Of a stretch of 64,000 bases of DNA, positions 27,242 through 38,406 are shown one piece after another. Location of the stretch: assembly GCA_965240325.2 (NCBI GenBank), contig OZ251224.1:2294001-2358000 (forward strand), given 5' to 3'. Each line of letters starts with the position of its first letter. The first letter of the stretch is position 1. Made by a program: the position numbers and the translations under genes. This DNA comes from Rebecca billardiae RCC1528 (lineage: Eukaryota; Protista; Haptophyta). A model generated the notes under the pieces. That model made no database searches, was not told the DNA's origin, and saw only the letters and a list, made by a program, of their open reading frames with translations.

Positions 27242-28448
27242 CGACACCGGACGCGGTCATCACTTGGAGTTGGACATCGCGGCGTCAGCCTGTATGCGTC
27301 AGCGAGCGCGTCCGCGGCGAGTTCGGAGTTTGGCCTCGGCGGCGCTATACTTGATGGACGAATCATTCATCATCGCGACTGTCGTCGTCACATCTGATAT
27401 ATGCCATCGGGCTCCAGCCACAGTCAGGGACGTCCACTGACCCTATGTGGGGGGTGCATTTAGACGAACCCCTGGGAGCCAGGGAGCGATGAGGGTACCA
27501 ATCGAAAGATCTCCGGGGCGGCGGACGAAGCCGCAGGTTCAAAACCGAAGCCGCAGACGATTTCGTATGTTTCTTTGTCCTTGAACGCGTCGTCACAGTC
27601 GAACACGGAGGACTCCATCGTGCTGAACTTTTTTTTGGGCTCCCGGACCGGTCTCTCGCACGATGGAGCTCCGCCGAGCGGGCGAGGAGACGAGACGCCT
27701 TGGAGGCCTTGATCCGGGCGCATCCGCTGGTTGGCCGCGGCACCCTGTCGCGCTCGCGCCCCGGGTGCACCTTCGTGCACTGAGAGTCACCGATGGGCGA
27801 GAAGCTGCTCGTCGACTCGAGCAAGCTGCGCGCTGTCCGCGTCGAGCTGCGCGCGCCGGCGGCCACACCTCGCGGCGGTGCGGGCGTGCGCATGAGCTTG
27901 TCGGCTTCTAGCTGCTCGCGCCCCGGGCCGCGCCGTCAGCTCGTGGTGCCACGGGTATGCGCACGAGCTCGTGCTTGGCTGCAGCTCCTCAGAGGACTGC
28001 CACAGCTGGCTGGCTCAGAGCTTGTTCGCGAGTGCTGAGGTGCGGCGTGGCCCGTGCGCGGTGCGCCGCAGCGGTCAATGCGTTGCTCGATCCTGCATTG
28101 CGCTACGTCTTGACTCGCGAGGGAGGCGCCGATATCGGGGCTGTGTGTAATGCGTCATGGCCGCCCGGCGCAGAGCCGACGCCGCACGACGCAGCCCTCA
28201 GCCAACACCAGCGAACACGGTCTGCTATGCGAATTCTGGCGAGTTGGGGCCTTATTGAGGCGTATTTGGTCCTTCGATCGGCTGGGGGGAGCCCCCCCCA
28301 GACCCCCCCAGAGAGTCTGAATGCACCCCTGCTGGACGTCCCGGACAGTGACCGGAGCCATCGGATGATTATTATTGATTAGATGATGCTGAACTGTATA
28401 TTAATATATATATATACATGTCGTCTAGCTTAATATCGACGATAGATG

Positions 28449-28497
28449 AGAGAGAGAGAGAGTCGAGAGAGAGCAGAGAGAGAGAGAGAGAGCAGAG
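28449..28497. repeat. Imperfect (GA)n microsatellite
   Basis: Visible GA run. Confidence 0.85.
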
Positions 28498-28667
28498 ACG
28501 AAAGCAGGCCGTGTCAAGCAGCTGACTTATTGAGACTCTTCATTCTGAATCAACCGCGAGGCGCGACGTCCGCCACCGGTACCCGTACGATTATACGAAG
28601 TACGACGACTAAGTAGCTCTATATATATAGCTTATAGCGCTAGTGAATCGTAACTCGTCGCGTATAA

Positions 28668-30397
28668 TGGCCCGCGGTGCAGGGCTGAGCGCGCAGCGTG
28701 GAGCCCGCTCCGTGGGCACTAACCACGTTTCAAAAAGATCTTTGATCAAAGAAAAAAGGGACGGGGGACGATTTTCAGGGCTGGAGGAGACCGAATTTCG
28801 AATTTTGAGACCGCAAGGAGACATCCATTAGCGAGAAATGGGCACGTCCGGCTTGTTTGTATTCAGAGGAATCAACGAAACCCACGTCCAAGTGTGCGAG
28901 GGTGGGTAATTGTGGGTAGACTGTGGCCATAGTAAATAAGCACATGACCATAGTAAAACAAGCCTCGCTGCCGCTACTAGGCGCGCGCCAGACACGGAGC
29001 GCGCGCACCAGTTGCGTCGCGCTGCGCTCGGCCACGGAGCATGCGCGACGAGATCGCGGCGGGGGCGGCGAGATCGCGGCGGGGGCGACGGGCAACAACC
29101 TGCCCGCGGGCGCGTTCGTCACTCGAGGAGCAGCGCGCAAGGGCGAGCCGAGTCCGGAGCACGCGAGCTCGTCGCTCGCCGCCCGGAGCAGAGCGCGCCG
29201 CTGCGAGCGAGCGGCGCGGGAGAGCTGATGGGCCGGATGCGCCCGGAGCTCGCGCGGCTGAAGGGCGAGCTCGAGCACGCGAGCTCGCGCCTCGACGCCG
29301 AGCGCGAGCTCCTCCTCAACTCGGTCGACGGCGGCGCGGAGGTGCAGCAGCGTGAGGACGAGCAGGAGCATCAGTGAAACGCGCGCCGGTTCCGGGTCGC
29401 AGCGGTGCCCAGCTGCCTGCCACGCGAGCGGCGGCCACGTGGCGCGAGGAGCTGCGTGGGGAAATCGCCGCGCGCGTCGACGCGGCGATCACCGGGCTGC
29501 AGGCCTCGGCAATCGACGCGGTGCGCACCCTCGCCGCCAGCCGCGACGACTCCGCCGTCGAGCTGCAGCAGCTGCGCGCGCAGATGCCAGAAGTGCCGAT
29601 GGGCGGCGGCGTATCACTACTATCAGCAGGCTGACGTGCACGAGCACGTGACACGCGGAGGCGCTAGGCGCCAAGCTGGCGAAGTGCGGCGCCGAGCTCG
29701 ACGAGCTGAGCGACGCGGCAACGGACGCGCTGGGCGCCCGCGCCGCCATCGTCGCGGCGCCCTCCAGCAGCTCGAGCAGCTGTGGATAGTTGGCCGTCGA
29801 GGCGACCGCGGGTGTGACTCACAGTGTGAGTGAGCCGGCGCGTGGCTCAGCCTGCCGCTGGCAGCCGCCGTCTTCGAGGCCGACGCGGCGGAGGAGGCGG
29901 CGGGCGAGCACGGCGGCGCGGTGGAGCAGGCGCGCACGCGCGGCGGCAGGCGCGACGCGCCGCTCGCCTCGTTCCACCGCCCCGAGCTCCGCTCGGTCGG
30001 TCTCGGTGCGAGGCTGCGCAGCCGGCAGGCCGGGGCCAGCAGTGGCGCGCGCTCTCGCTCTGCCGGCACGAGCGACCAGCGGCCCGTCGTCGAGCGCATG
30101 GCGCAGGGCGAGTACCTCAAGCAGGTGCGTCCGCTCGCGCGCACGCGCCGGCTCGCGCCGCGCCAGCGCCTCTCGCCCTGCCTGCGCGCGCGCGCCGGCC
30201 GCTAGTCCCCGCGGCGGCCCGCGGACCCGCGGCGACAGTCCTCGGCCTGCCGGCCCGGTGGGCGGCAGTGACTGAGTTGGCGGTGGCAGCTCGGGCGAAC
30301 TGTTACACATGTCAGACTGAGACAGCAGCCGACGGAGGGTGCGCCGCGGGCCCCGAACTACGTTCGTTCTACGGAAAAAGACCGCGGAACGCGGTCA
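28668..30397 (+). mobile_element. Non-autonomous Helentron/Helitron2-like element, copy 2
   Basis: Same 5' end (TGGCCCGCGGTGCAGGGC, then AAAAAGATCTTTGATCAAAG), subterminal TGCGCCGCGGGCC near 30340-30352, hairpin 30380-30396; shares cargo with copy 1. Confidence 0.7.
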
Positions 30398-30567
30398 TAT
30401 AGCTAGCGCAGCTTAATAGCGTAATACTGATATATGCATACTGATATATGCTGCTGATATCTGCTGTAGCAGCAGTCGTCAGCAGCATCAATGCTGAGCT
30501 CATCGACATCGTAACTCGGTCTCATCATCAGTAGTCAGTATAGCTAGACTCTGGCGGTGACTGTAGC

Positions 30568-30569
<2 letters not shown>

Positions 30570-30626
<57 letters not shown>

Positions 30627-30634
30627 TAGAGAGA
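30570..30634. repeat. (GA)n microsatellite
   Basis: Visible GA run. Confidence 0.9.
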
Positions 30635-30721
30635 GTTACTCCCTCGGTCTCGTCAAGTCGTCGTCTGCTGCTCGCGAATGAATCGCGATGTATCATCGTC
30701 GCGCTTTTTCGTCGCGCGTCG

Positions 30722-32080
30722 TCAGGCCTTGCAGCAGGTGCGATGCCATTCGTTGCAGTGCGGCTTGTGCGCCTTCCACGCCAGCCGCAGGTGGTCGTGC
30801 GAGCAGAAGACAGCCACGTGACACCGGTCGCACTTCTTCAAGGTTCGACGGGCCGACTGTGCGCACACCATGCAGCACTTGGACACCACCTCGCGCTCGC
30901 CCGCAAACTTGGCGGCGAGCACTGCAGCAGGGTCGAGCGTGCTGTCGAGCTCGTGTGCACGGCGCAGCAGCCGCGCACCCTCCTCCACATCGCGCTCCAC
31001 TCCCTTGCCCGAAAGTGTCAGACGTCCAAGCTGTAACGAAGCGGCTGGCCAATCGGCATCTGTGGCCAGCCGGTACCAGCGCACCGCCTCGGCCATGTCC
31101 TGCGGCACGCCCTCGCCCTTCTCGCAGCACAAGCCCAGGTTGTACTGCGCGCCTGCACAGCCCTGCTCGGCCGCCAGCCGGTACCAGCGCGCCGCCTCGG
31201 CCATATCCTGCGGCACGCCCTCGCCCTTCTCGTAGCACAAGCCCAGGTTGGACTGCGCGGCTGCGAGGCCCTGCTCGGCCGCCAGCCGGTACCAGCGCAC
31301 CGCCTCGGCCATATCCTGCGGCACGCCCTCGCCCTTCTCGCAGCACAAGCCCAGGTTGCACTGCGCCCGTGCATCGCCCTGCTCGGCCGCCAGCCGGTAC
31401 CAGCGCGCCGCCTCGACCATATCCTGCGGCACGCCCTCGCCCTTCTCGCAGCACAAGCCCAGGTTGTACTGTGCGCCTGCACAGCCCTGCTCGGCCGCCA
31501 GCCGGTACCAGCGCGCCGCCTCGGCCATATCCTGCGGCACGCCCTCGCCCTTCTCGTAGCACAAGCCCAGGTTGGACTGCGCGGCTGCGAGGCCCTGCTC
31601 GGCCGCCAGCCGGTACCAGCGCACCGCCTCGGCCATATCCTGCGGCACGCCCTCGCCCTTCTTGCAGCACAAGCCCAGGTTGCACTGCGCCCGTGCATCG
31701 CCCTGCTCGGCCGCCAGCCGGTACCAGCGCGCCGCCTCGACCATATCCTGCGGCACGCCCTCGCCCTTCTCGTAGCACAAGCCCAGGTTGTACTGCGCGG
31801 CTGCGTAGCCCTGCTCGGCCGCGAGTCGGTACCAGTGCACGGCCTTCATCAGATCGCGATCTAGTCCGCACTGACCCAGGTGATGAAGATTGCCAAGCGT
31901 GAACTGAGCGTCGGCAAGCCCACGGTCGGCGGCGACGTGCCACAGGCGCATCGCCTCGCTCAGATTCTGAGCGACGCCGTCTCCGCGTGCAAAGCGATCA
32001 GCCAGAATGAGCGTGGCACGCGCATCACCTCGCGCCGATCTGCGCCGAAGCAGCTTGACCGCGGCGCTGCTTTCGTCCAT
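30722..32080 (-). CDS. Sel1-like repeat protein with C-terminal MYND-type zinc finger, paralogue A (7 near-identical core repeats), intronless
   Basis: 36-aa units AQxNLGLCxEKGEGVPQDMAEAxRWYRLAAEQG; CMVC..CDRC..FCSHDH..WKAHKPHC. Confidence 0.92.
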   Translation of the reverse strand: MDESSAAVKLLRRRSARGDARATLILADRFARGDGVAQNLSEAMRLWHVAADRGLADAQFTLGNLHHLGQCGLDRDLMKAVHWYRLAAEQGYAAAQYNLGLCYEKGEGVPQDMVEAARWYRLAAEQGDARAQCNLGLCCKKGEGVPQDMAEAVRWYRLAAEQGLAAAQSNLGLCYEKGEGVPQDMAEAARWYRLAAEQGCAGAQYNLGLCCEKGEGVPQDMVEAARWYRLAAEQGDARAQCNLGLCCEKGEGVPQDMAEAVRWYRLAAEQGLAAAQSNLGLCYEKGEGVPQDMAEAARWYRLAAEQGCAGAQYNLGLCCEKGEGVPQDMAEAVRWYRLATDADWPAASLQLGRLTLSGKGVERDVEEGARLLRRAHELDSTLDPAAVLAAKFAGEREVVSKCCMVCAQSARRTLKKCDRCHVAVFCSHDHLRLAWKAHKPHCNEWHRTCCKA

Positions 32081-32230
32081 CTGCGCGCGCGGCTCCTTCT
32101 TCCCCGTCGAGGCGCCGCACGGCGCGCCGCCGCCCGGCCGCCGTCGACCAGTGGCCAAGTTTGCGCGACGAAAGACGACCGTTGTGCATCCCAAGGTTGT
32201 CCAGTACAATACACTAGGTGTCTCGGTCAG

Positions 32231-32500
32231 TGGTTTGAGGTTGGGTGAGGGTGGTGGTTGGTTGGGGGCTGGCCAGGGTAGGGCTGGAGGCTTCGGCCGC
32301 CAGCCTGATCACCCGGAGCCCGTTATAAAGGGGAATTTAAAAATACGGTTTACTAAGAATAAGAGACGCACTACACGGTTTGAGTCCTTTGGTTTGAGGT
32401 TGGGTGAGGGTGGTGGTTGGCAGGGGGGCTGGCCAGGGTAGGGCTGGAGGCTTCGGCCGCCAGCCTGATCACCCGGAGCCCGTTATTATAAAGGGGAATT
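32231..32500. repeat. ~110-bp direct duplication upstream of Sel1-MYND A
   Basis: TGGTTTGAGGTTGGGTGAGGG...CCCGTTATAAAGGGGAATT at ~32231-32338 and ~32390-32500, interleaved with pieces of the dispersed 49-bp motif. Confidence 0.85.
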
Positions 32501-32896
32501 CAAAAAAAAACAGCGCTCTCAGGCAGGCGAGATTAGTCGCACTACTGTGTGCACGTTAAATCATAGTAAACTGTACAGTGTCTTCGTCCGGCCCGCGTCG
32601 TCGTAGCCTGCCGGCCTCGCTCAGAGTGGGTCAGACCGCTGCACGCACTCACGGACGCAGTTCTAAGTACGTATCAGAGTGGCAGACGGCCTACTCCGTA
32701 CTCGGCCTAGCGTCGTCGTCGGTCTGACTCCATAGTCCATTCCAGCGGCGCATGAAACTTGTCGTCATTACAAACTACTTCTCAGTGGTGCGCGGATGCA
32801 CGCGGCCAGCTTGAGAGTTGAAGCCCTAGTTAGCCTAGGGCCTAGCTCTGCTCATCCACGCTCACTCAGTCACACCTGTACGCGGGCACGTGTGAG

Positions 32897-35061
32897 CTAG
32901 ATGCGCACGATGTGCACGCACGTGTCCTTGGAGATCGTGTTGGGCTGTGGGCCGATCGCGGCCGTCGCGACGGTGCCGTGGTCGGCCTTGGCGGCCAGCG
33001 CGTCGGCGTCGGCGGGCGCTGCGGCCGGCGGCGCGGGCTCCGGCGCGGCCGCGGCCGGCGCGGCCGCCGCCTCCTCGGCGGGAGGGTGCACGTGGAGAAC
33101 TGCGTACGTGCCACCGTTCATCCGCTTCACGAGCCGGCCGGGGTTGACGCAGATGGTGCCGCGCGCCTCCTTGGCGAACTTGTTGAGATCGGAGGGCAGG
33201 ACGAGCACGTGCGGGGTGACGGGCAGCGTCGCGTGCTCCTGCGCGGGGCGCGGGCGCACGGCAGGTGCGCGCGTGAGACGCGTGACGCGCTCGCCGCGGC
33301 GCGCGCGCGCGCCGGCCAGGCTTGGGTGCTGCGGCCGCACCAGCGCGAGCTTGGTGTCCACGGCCAAGTCCTTGGGCGTCGGGTGGCCCGGGAGGAAGAG
33401 GCGCTGGTCGAGCACGTGGCGGCAGAGCCGCGCCATGCGGTCCTCGCGCGTCGACGGCGGGCCGGAGTGCTTGGCGAGCTCGTCGCCGCTGAGGGCCTTG
33501 ACCGCGTCCTCGGAGCACACGCCGAACACGACGCCGCCGATGGCGAAGGTGGCGGGGTTGCGCACGGCGAAGACGGAGGCGTCGCGCTCGCCGTCCGAGC
33601 CTGCGGTCGCACGCGCGCACCGTCGCAGCCACGGCGGGTGCGCGGGGCGGAGGGTCACGGCGGCTTCGGGCGCCGACGCGCGCGCGCGCACGCGCGCCGA
33701 AGCGACGCACCGCCCAGCTCGAGCGGTGCTTGCGGGAAGGTCGGGTGCGCGTGCACGTCCTGCGTGGCGGGGCACATGACGACGGTGGGCGCGCAGCGGC
33801 CCGACTCGCGCAGCTTGGCGAGCCACGCGTGCAGCGTGTCCACCACCTTCTCCTTGAAGATGTGCTCGTACGTGACACCGAGCGTCGCCGGCTCGCGGAT
33901 GGCCGGATGCGCCTCGTCCACAAACGGGCCGCTCAGGATGAGCGCGTGCGCGCCGCGCTGCTCGGCCTCGGCGAGGAGGTCGCGCAGCGGCTCGTACGTG
34001 AGGCTGTCGTCGGTGGTGTACGGCCCCGCGGCCACCATCACGCGCAGCCCGCCGAGCGCGCGCACCGCCGGCTCCGGCATCGGCGGCGGCGGCGCGCGCG
34101 GCACGGTCGTGAAGATGTGTCGGACGGCGAGCGCGTTGCCGCGCGCGTTCGTGCCGCGCACGACGACGACCTGGCCGGGGAAGAGGGCGTACGACGGCAC
34201 CTCGGCGAGGTCGAGGCGGATGCGCACGGCCGAGCTCGAGCCGCGCGTCGTCTCGAGGTACACGGACTGCGCGTTCAGCTTGCCCTCCGCGTCGCACACG
34301 ATGCGGCCGACCGCGCTGATGTCGTCGATCGTCGCTCGCAGCACAGAGCCTGGCTCGTCGAGCCCGGCGTGCTCGCAGATGGCGCGGCCGATGGCGTGCG
34401 TGCGCCGGTCGATGTGTGCGGCCTTCTCGTCCAGCCGCTCCCACATGTGCCGCCCCAGCGGCGCGAGCGCGTGCCACGCCTCGGCGTCGACGGTGACGAC
34501 GCCGTCCGAGTCGTCGGTCGCATGCGGCGGCCCGAGGCCGAGCGCGTCGTTCAGGCACGCCTCCACCTTGCCGACGTCCGGGCGCTGCAGATACTGGGGC
34601 GAAGGGCCGGTGTGCAGCGGGCTCTTCGCCGCGCCGTCGCGCGCGGCGCTCGCGGGCGCCGGCGTGCCGAACGAGTCCGGCGTGCTGGTGCGCCCCTCAG
34701 CGTCGCGCCCCTCGCGGGCGCGCTTCTTGCCGTCGCCGCCCGCGCCGAGCAGGTGGAGCGTGTCCTTGGTCAGGGCCTTGGCGTTGGCGCCCTTGCGGGC
34801 GAACTGCTGCTTCGACAGGTGCGCGTTGCGCGTCGTCTTGTGCAGCGCCTTCGCCTTGAAGTCCTCGAGCGCCGGCAGGCTCATCTGCTTGCTGCCGCCG
34901 CCCGAGAGTGCGTACGCCTCCCACGCGGCGGCGAGGTCCTCCGCGCTCATGCGGTACGTCTCGCACAGGGTGGCGCAGGGCCGCGCCAGCTCGAGCGCCT
35001 GCAGGTCCACCCCCACCTCCGAGAAGCTCGCCGCGAGCTCGTGCTCCAGTCGGTCCATCAT
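32897..35061 (-). CDS. POLA2: DNA polymerase alpha subunit B, two introns
   Basis: VGRIVCDAEGKLN, YALFPGQVVVVRGTN, VAAGPYT, LILSGPFVD, HPTFPQAP, HVLDQRLFLP, PHVLVLPSDL, CVNPGRL. Confidence 0.93.
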
Positions 35062-35205
35062 GGCCCCGCGCTCGTCGCCCGAGGGCCACCGTTGGCCAGC
35101 GCGAAGCCTTGTTCGTGGGCTTATGTACTGGTCGCCGTGTCCGGTGCTCGCCATTGAGAATCCGGCGCCGCAACGACTGAGCGAAGTGCCTCCAAGCAAC
35201 GCAGC

Positions 35206-35529
35206 ATGGCGCTCGCTGGGTTGCTCACGCGTGGATGGTGGGCGCTGACCGAGGCGGGCACGCAGGTCGCATCCTCGTGGTCAGCCCTCACGACGACTCT
35301 GGAGCGTGTTCTTCCGCCATGGCTCTTCGCCACGCTGCAGACCGCCTTCGTCTTCGCGGCCACCATTGTCCTCTTCGTCGCGACCATCTGTCTCGCGTGG
35401 GTGCTGCTGTGGAAGCTCGTCCTCTCAAAGATCCGGTTTGTCGTGGCGCTCAAGAACGAGCTACTGCTCGGGCAGCCCTCGCGTCCAGCGCCGTCGTCGA
35501 AGAGGCGACAGCATGCGCACAGCGACTGA
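35206..35529 (+). CDS. Small integral membrane protein (SMIM13-like)
   Basis: TM segment followed by AWVLLWKLVLSKIRFV..L..ELL, resembling the SMIM13 WxLFLSKFKFLREL motif (from recall). Confidence 0.6.
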   Translation: MALAGLLTRGWWALTEAGTQVASSWSALTTTLERVLPPWLFATLQTAFVFAATIVLFVATICLAWVLLWKLVLSKIRFVVALKNELLLGQPSRPAPSSKRRQHAHSD

Positions 35530-36067
35530 GCGAGACGCCGGCCGGGAGCAAGTACAATACGTGATCGCCACGGCGGGTTGCCTGGGCACCTCTTGATCTG
35601 CTCTGCCACCCGAGGCCGCCGCGCAGTGAGACGCCGCCCCGTCACGGCGCAGGTGTTTCCACTCGCTCTTCTCTGCCTACGACGATCGCTTCAAGGGCTG
35701 AGTCGTTGGCGCAATGCTGCTGAGAGTCCGAATGCTCTTCCGCTGTAAGCATGAACCTCTCCGCGGTGTGCTGGGCCCACGCGCGGCCACGCCGCCCACC
35801 ACCATGTTCCACCAGGCAGCCAGGAGGTCGTGACGAACTGGAGAACGACCGTTGGGCGTTTGGCGCGTCCATCACCCTTTCTTTTTCGATCGGCGCCATT
35901 TTATTCGTCGTCCCACCGGCGTGACTGAGGAAGCCGGGCACCCGCTCGAAGCGCGCGGCCGCGGCTCCCCACCTCCCATCGTCTTCCGCGGCACAGGACA
36001 TCCCGCCGCCCAAGGCTGCCGGGTGACGACGGGCAGACCAGCGCATTTGGTCTGTGGCGCAGCCGCC

Positions 36068-36691
36068 ATGGGCGAGGACTTCGACCTGGACACGGTCGCG
36101 CGCGTCGCAGCGAGGGAACGAGAGGTAGCGCACGCCGAACTGCGCGCAGGCCAGAAGCGTGGCCATTGGGTATGGTGGGTCTTCCCAACGCTCGCAGTGC
36201 GCGGTGGCGACATGTTCTCTGCGCAGCAGTCCCCTGTGGCAGACCTGCTCGGCGTCCAGCACGTAGAGGCGTATGCTCGGCACCCCGAGCTGCGTGTGCA
36301 GCTCATCCAGTCATTCCGCACAGCGTCTGCTGCATTCGCTGCTGCGGAGGGCGACGGCGGGCAGGCGCCCTATCGCGTGCTCGATGCGGGTTTCGGCCGT
36401 TATGCGGATGGGGAGTGGCTGCGTGGCCCGGTGGACTCATTCAAGGCCTTCTGCTCCGCAACCGCGTTCGCCGCAACCGCACACGCCATTGGGGATGCTG
36501 AGCTGAAGCACGCTGCGCTGCAGCTTCTCGCGCACTTTCGGGGCGATGTGGTGTACACAGCCGGCGGCAAAGGAACCAGTGGGTATGTCGCCAGGGCTGA
36601 ACGTCGACGCAATGTGCTCGTCGGCCATGACGTACTAACCCTGGAGCTTGTCGGTGGCGATTGGGACAAGATCGTCAGTCCGATTAGTTGA
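36068..36691 (+). CDS. DUF1810 (Rv1873-like) family protein, intronless
   Basis: FDL...AHAELRAGQKRGHWVWWVFP, EAYARHPELR, GPVDSFKAFCSATAF. Confidence 0.82.
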   Translation: MGEDFDLDTVARVAAREREVAHAELRAGQKRGHWVWWVFPTLAVRGGDMFSAQQSPVADLLGVQHVEAYARHPELRVQLIQSFRTASAAFAAAEGDGGQAPYRVLDAGFGRYADGEWLRGPVDSFKAFCSATAFAATAHAIGDAELKHAALQLLAHFRGDVVYTAGGKGTSGYVARAERRRNVLVGHDVLTLELVGGDWDKIVSPIS

Positions 36692-36756
36692 GCCGAGTTA
36701 GCGGGCGCCCGTATCAGATCTAGCGAGCTATCACTCTTTGCACGGAAGCTAAGCAG

Positions 36757-36929
<173 letters not shown>

Positions 36930-37020
36930 GTCTCTAGGCAAAGATATAACATGATGCTGACAGTGACGATGGCGATGACGAATGAGTGAGTGAATGACGA
37001 TCTTATGAGCGGCGACAGAG

Positions 37021-37062
<42 letters not shown>

Positions 37063-37500
37063 TAGCCGGCTATGAGTAGTGATGTCTGATGAGTTCCGTT
37101 GCCCGGGACGACGGCTGCGGTCGCGAGTGACTCGTGTGAGTGTCCGGCCCCGGGCGCAGGCGCGACGACAAACTGCTGCTACCGAGTATTCCGTAAGCAG
37201 CTAGGCGCTAGCAGCAGTCTACGGCGCGCCCCGGCGCCGACGCGGGCCTACCGGCGCCGTTTACGTTACGCGACTCCGCATGTATGTATCTGCAGCTGCT
37301 GACGACAGTACTTTATTACCGCCGTACTAGTTTGATGACACTGACTACTGTATCATAGTACGATTCATACGTCGTCGCAACCAGTGAGCGCGCGCGCAAC
37401 TCCGAAGTGAAAGTCAGATGAACGATTACGTGGCGGACTGGCGGCGGATTGCGTCGAGGCATGTCGTAGTAGCTCAGTGGTAGATGAAGCCGGCGCGACG

Positions 37501-38355
37501 TCACGAGGGCAGTGTACTTGCAAAGAAGCTTGTCGAGCGCGCGACAACGTCGCGGATGTTCGCCAATGACAGCGCATCGGACAGGTTCCCCCTCGCCGAG
37601 AAGAAGCCGTGCGACACCTGCGTGTACTTGTGATATGCGCAGCGTGGACCGAAGGGCCGCGTCTCTAGAATCGCCTGCAGCGGCGCAATGCTCGGGTCGG
37701 TCTTCGTCGGGAAGAGGGCCACTGGCACACGCGCCGCCTGCGCCATGGCCGGAGTGAGGCGAGCGCCGTGCACCGAGACAGTCGCGGCGATAGCGGTTGG
37801 CTCTGAAGCGAGGAGCATGGCGATTAGGCCGCCCCAGCAGGTGCCGATCGCGCCGATCGAGGGCGAGTGGTAGCGTTCGCGCAGGTATGGCACCAGTCCA
37901 TCAATGACGTCCTTGTGCGCCGCGTCTTCGTCGGCAAACGCCTTCCACCATGTCTGCATCTTGGTGCCGTGATTTTTGGCGGCCTGCCATGGGACACCCT
38001 GGAAATGGTCGGCCATGACGACCACGTATCCTCCGGCGGCGGCGAGGCGATCAACCGAGTGAAAGACATGGCGGTTGGGCGCGCCCGTCCAGCCGAAGAT
38101 GTCGTGGATGAACACGAGTGCGTGCGGAGGCGGTGCGCCCTCAGCAAGCGTGTGCAGCACGAGGTCGTTTACGTACACCTTCAGCGGCGCATTTCGGTGT
38201 GGCGCGGGCACGCTCGTATACGTGCCGAGCGGTGTGTACGGCGTGCAATCGAAACTGGGTGCCCCGTCCTCCTCGCATGCGAGCACAGCCGCGACCACGC
38301 CCAAGAACGCGGCGAGCGTGCTGGACCGCCGAGAGCCCACGCGCGAGCCCGCCAT
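37501..38355 (-). CDS. Dienelactone hydrolase family protein with signal peptide
   Basis: IHDIFGW, GAIGTCWGG (Cys nucleophile), VSHGF; hydrophobic N-terminus. Confidence 0.88.
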   Translation of the reverse strand: MAGSRVGSRRSSTLAAFLGVVAAVLACEEDGAPSFDCTPYTPLGTYTSVPAPHRNAPLKVYVNDLVLHTLAEGAPPPHALVFIHDIFGWTGAPNRHVFHSVDRLAAAGGYVVVMADHFQGVPWQAAKNHGTKMQTWWKAFADEDAAHKDVIDGLVPYLRERYHSPSIGAIGTCWGGLIAMLLASEPTAIAATVSVHGARLTPAMAQAARVPVALFPTKTDPSIAPLQAILETRPFGPRCAYHKYTQVSHGFFSARGNLSDALSLANIRDVVARSTSFFASTLPS

Positions 38356-38406
38356 CGTTGCTGTGCACAGTTTCGGCACCGGCCATCCGAGTTCCGACCT
38401 GCATCA

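Noticed and set aside
27363-28330. Possible decayed gene or element ending in GGGGGGAGCCCCCCCCAGACCCCCCC
   Set aside because: No recognisable domain, second copy or paired terminus in the window.
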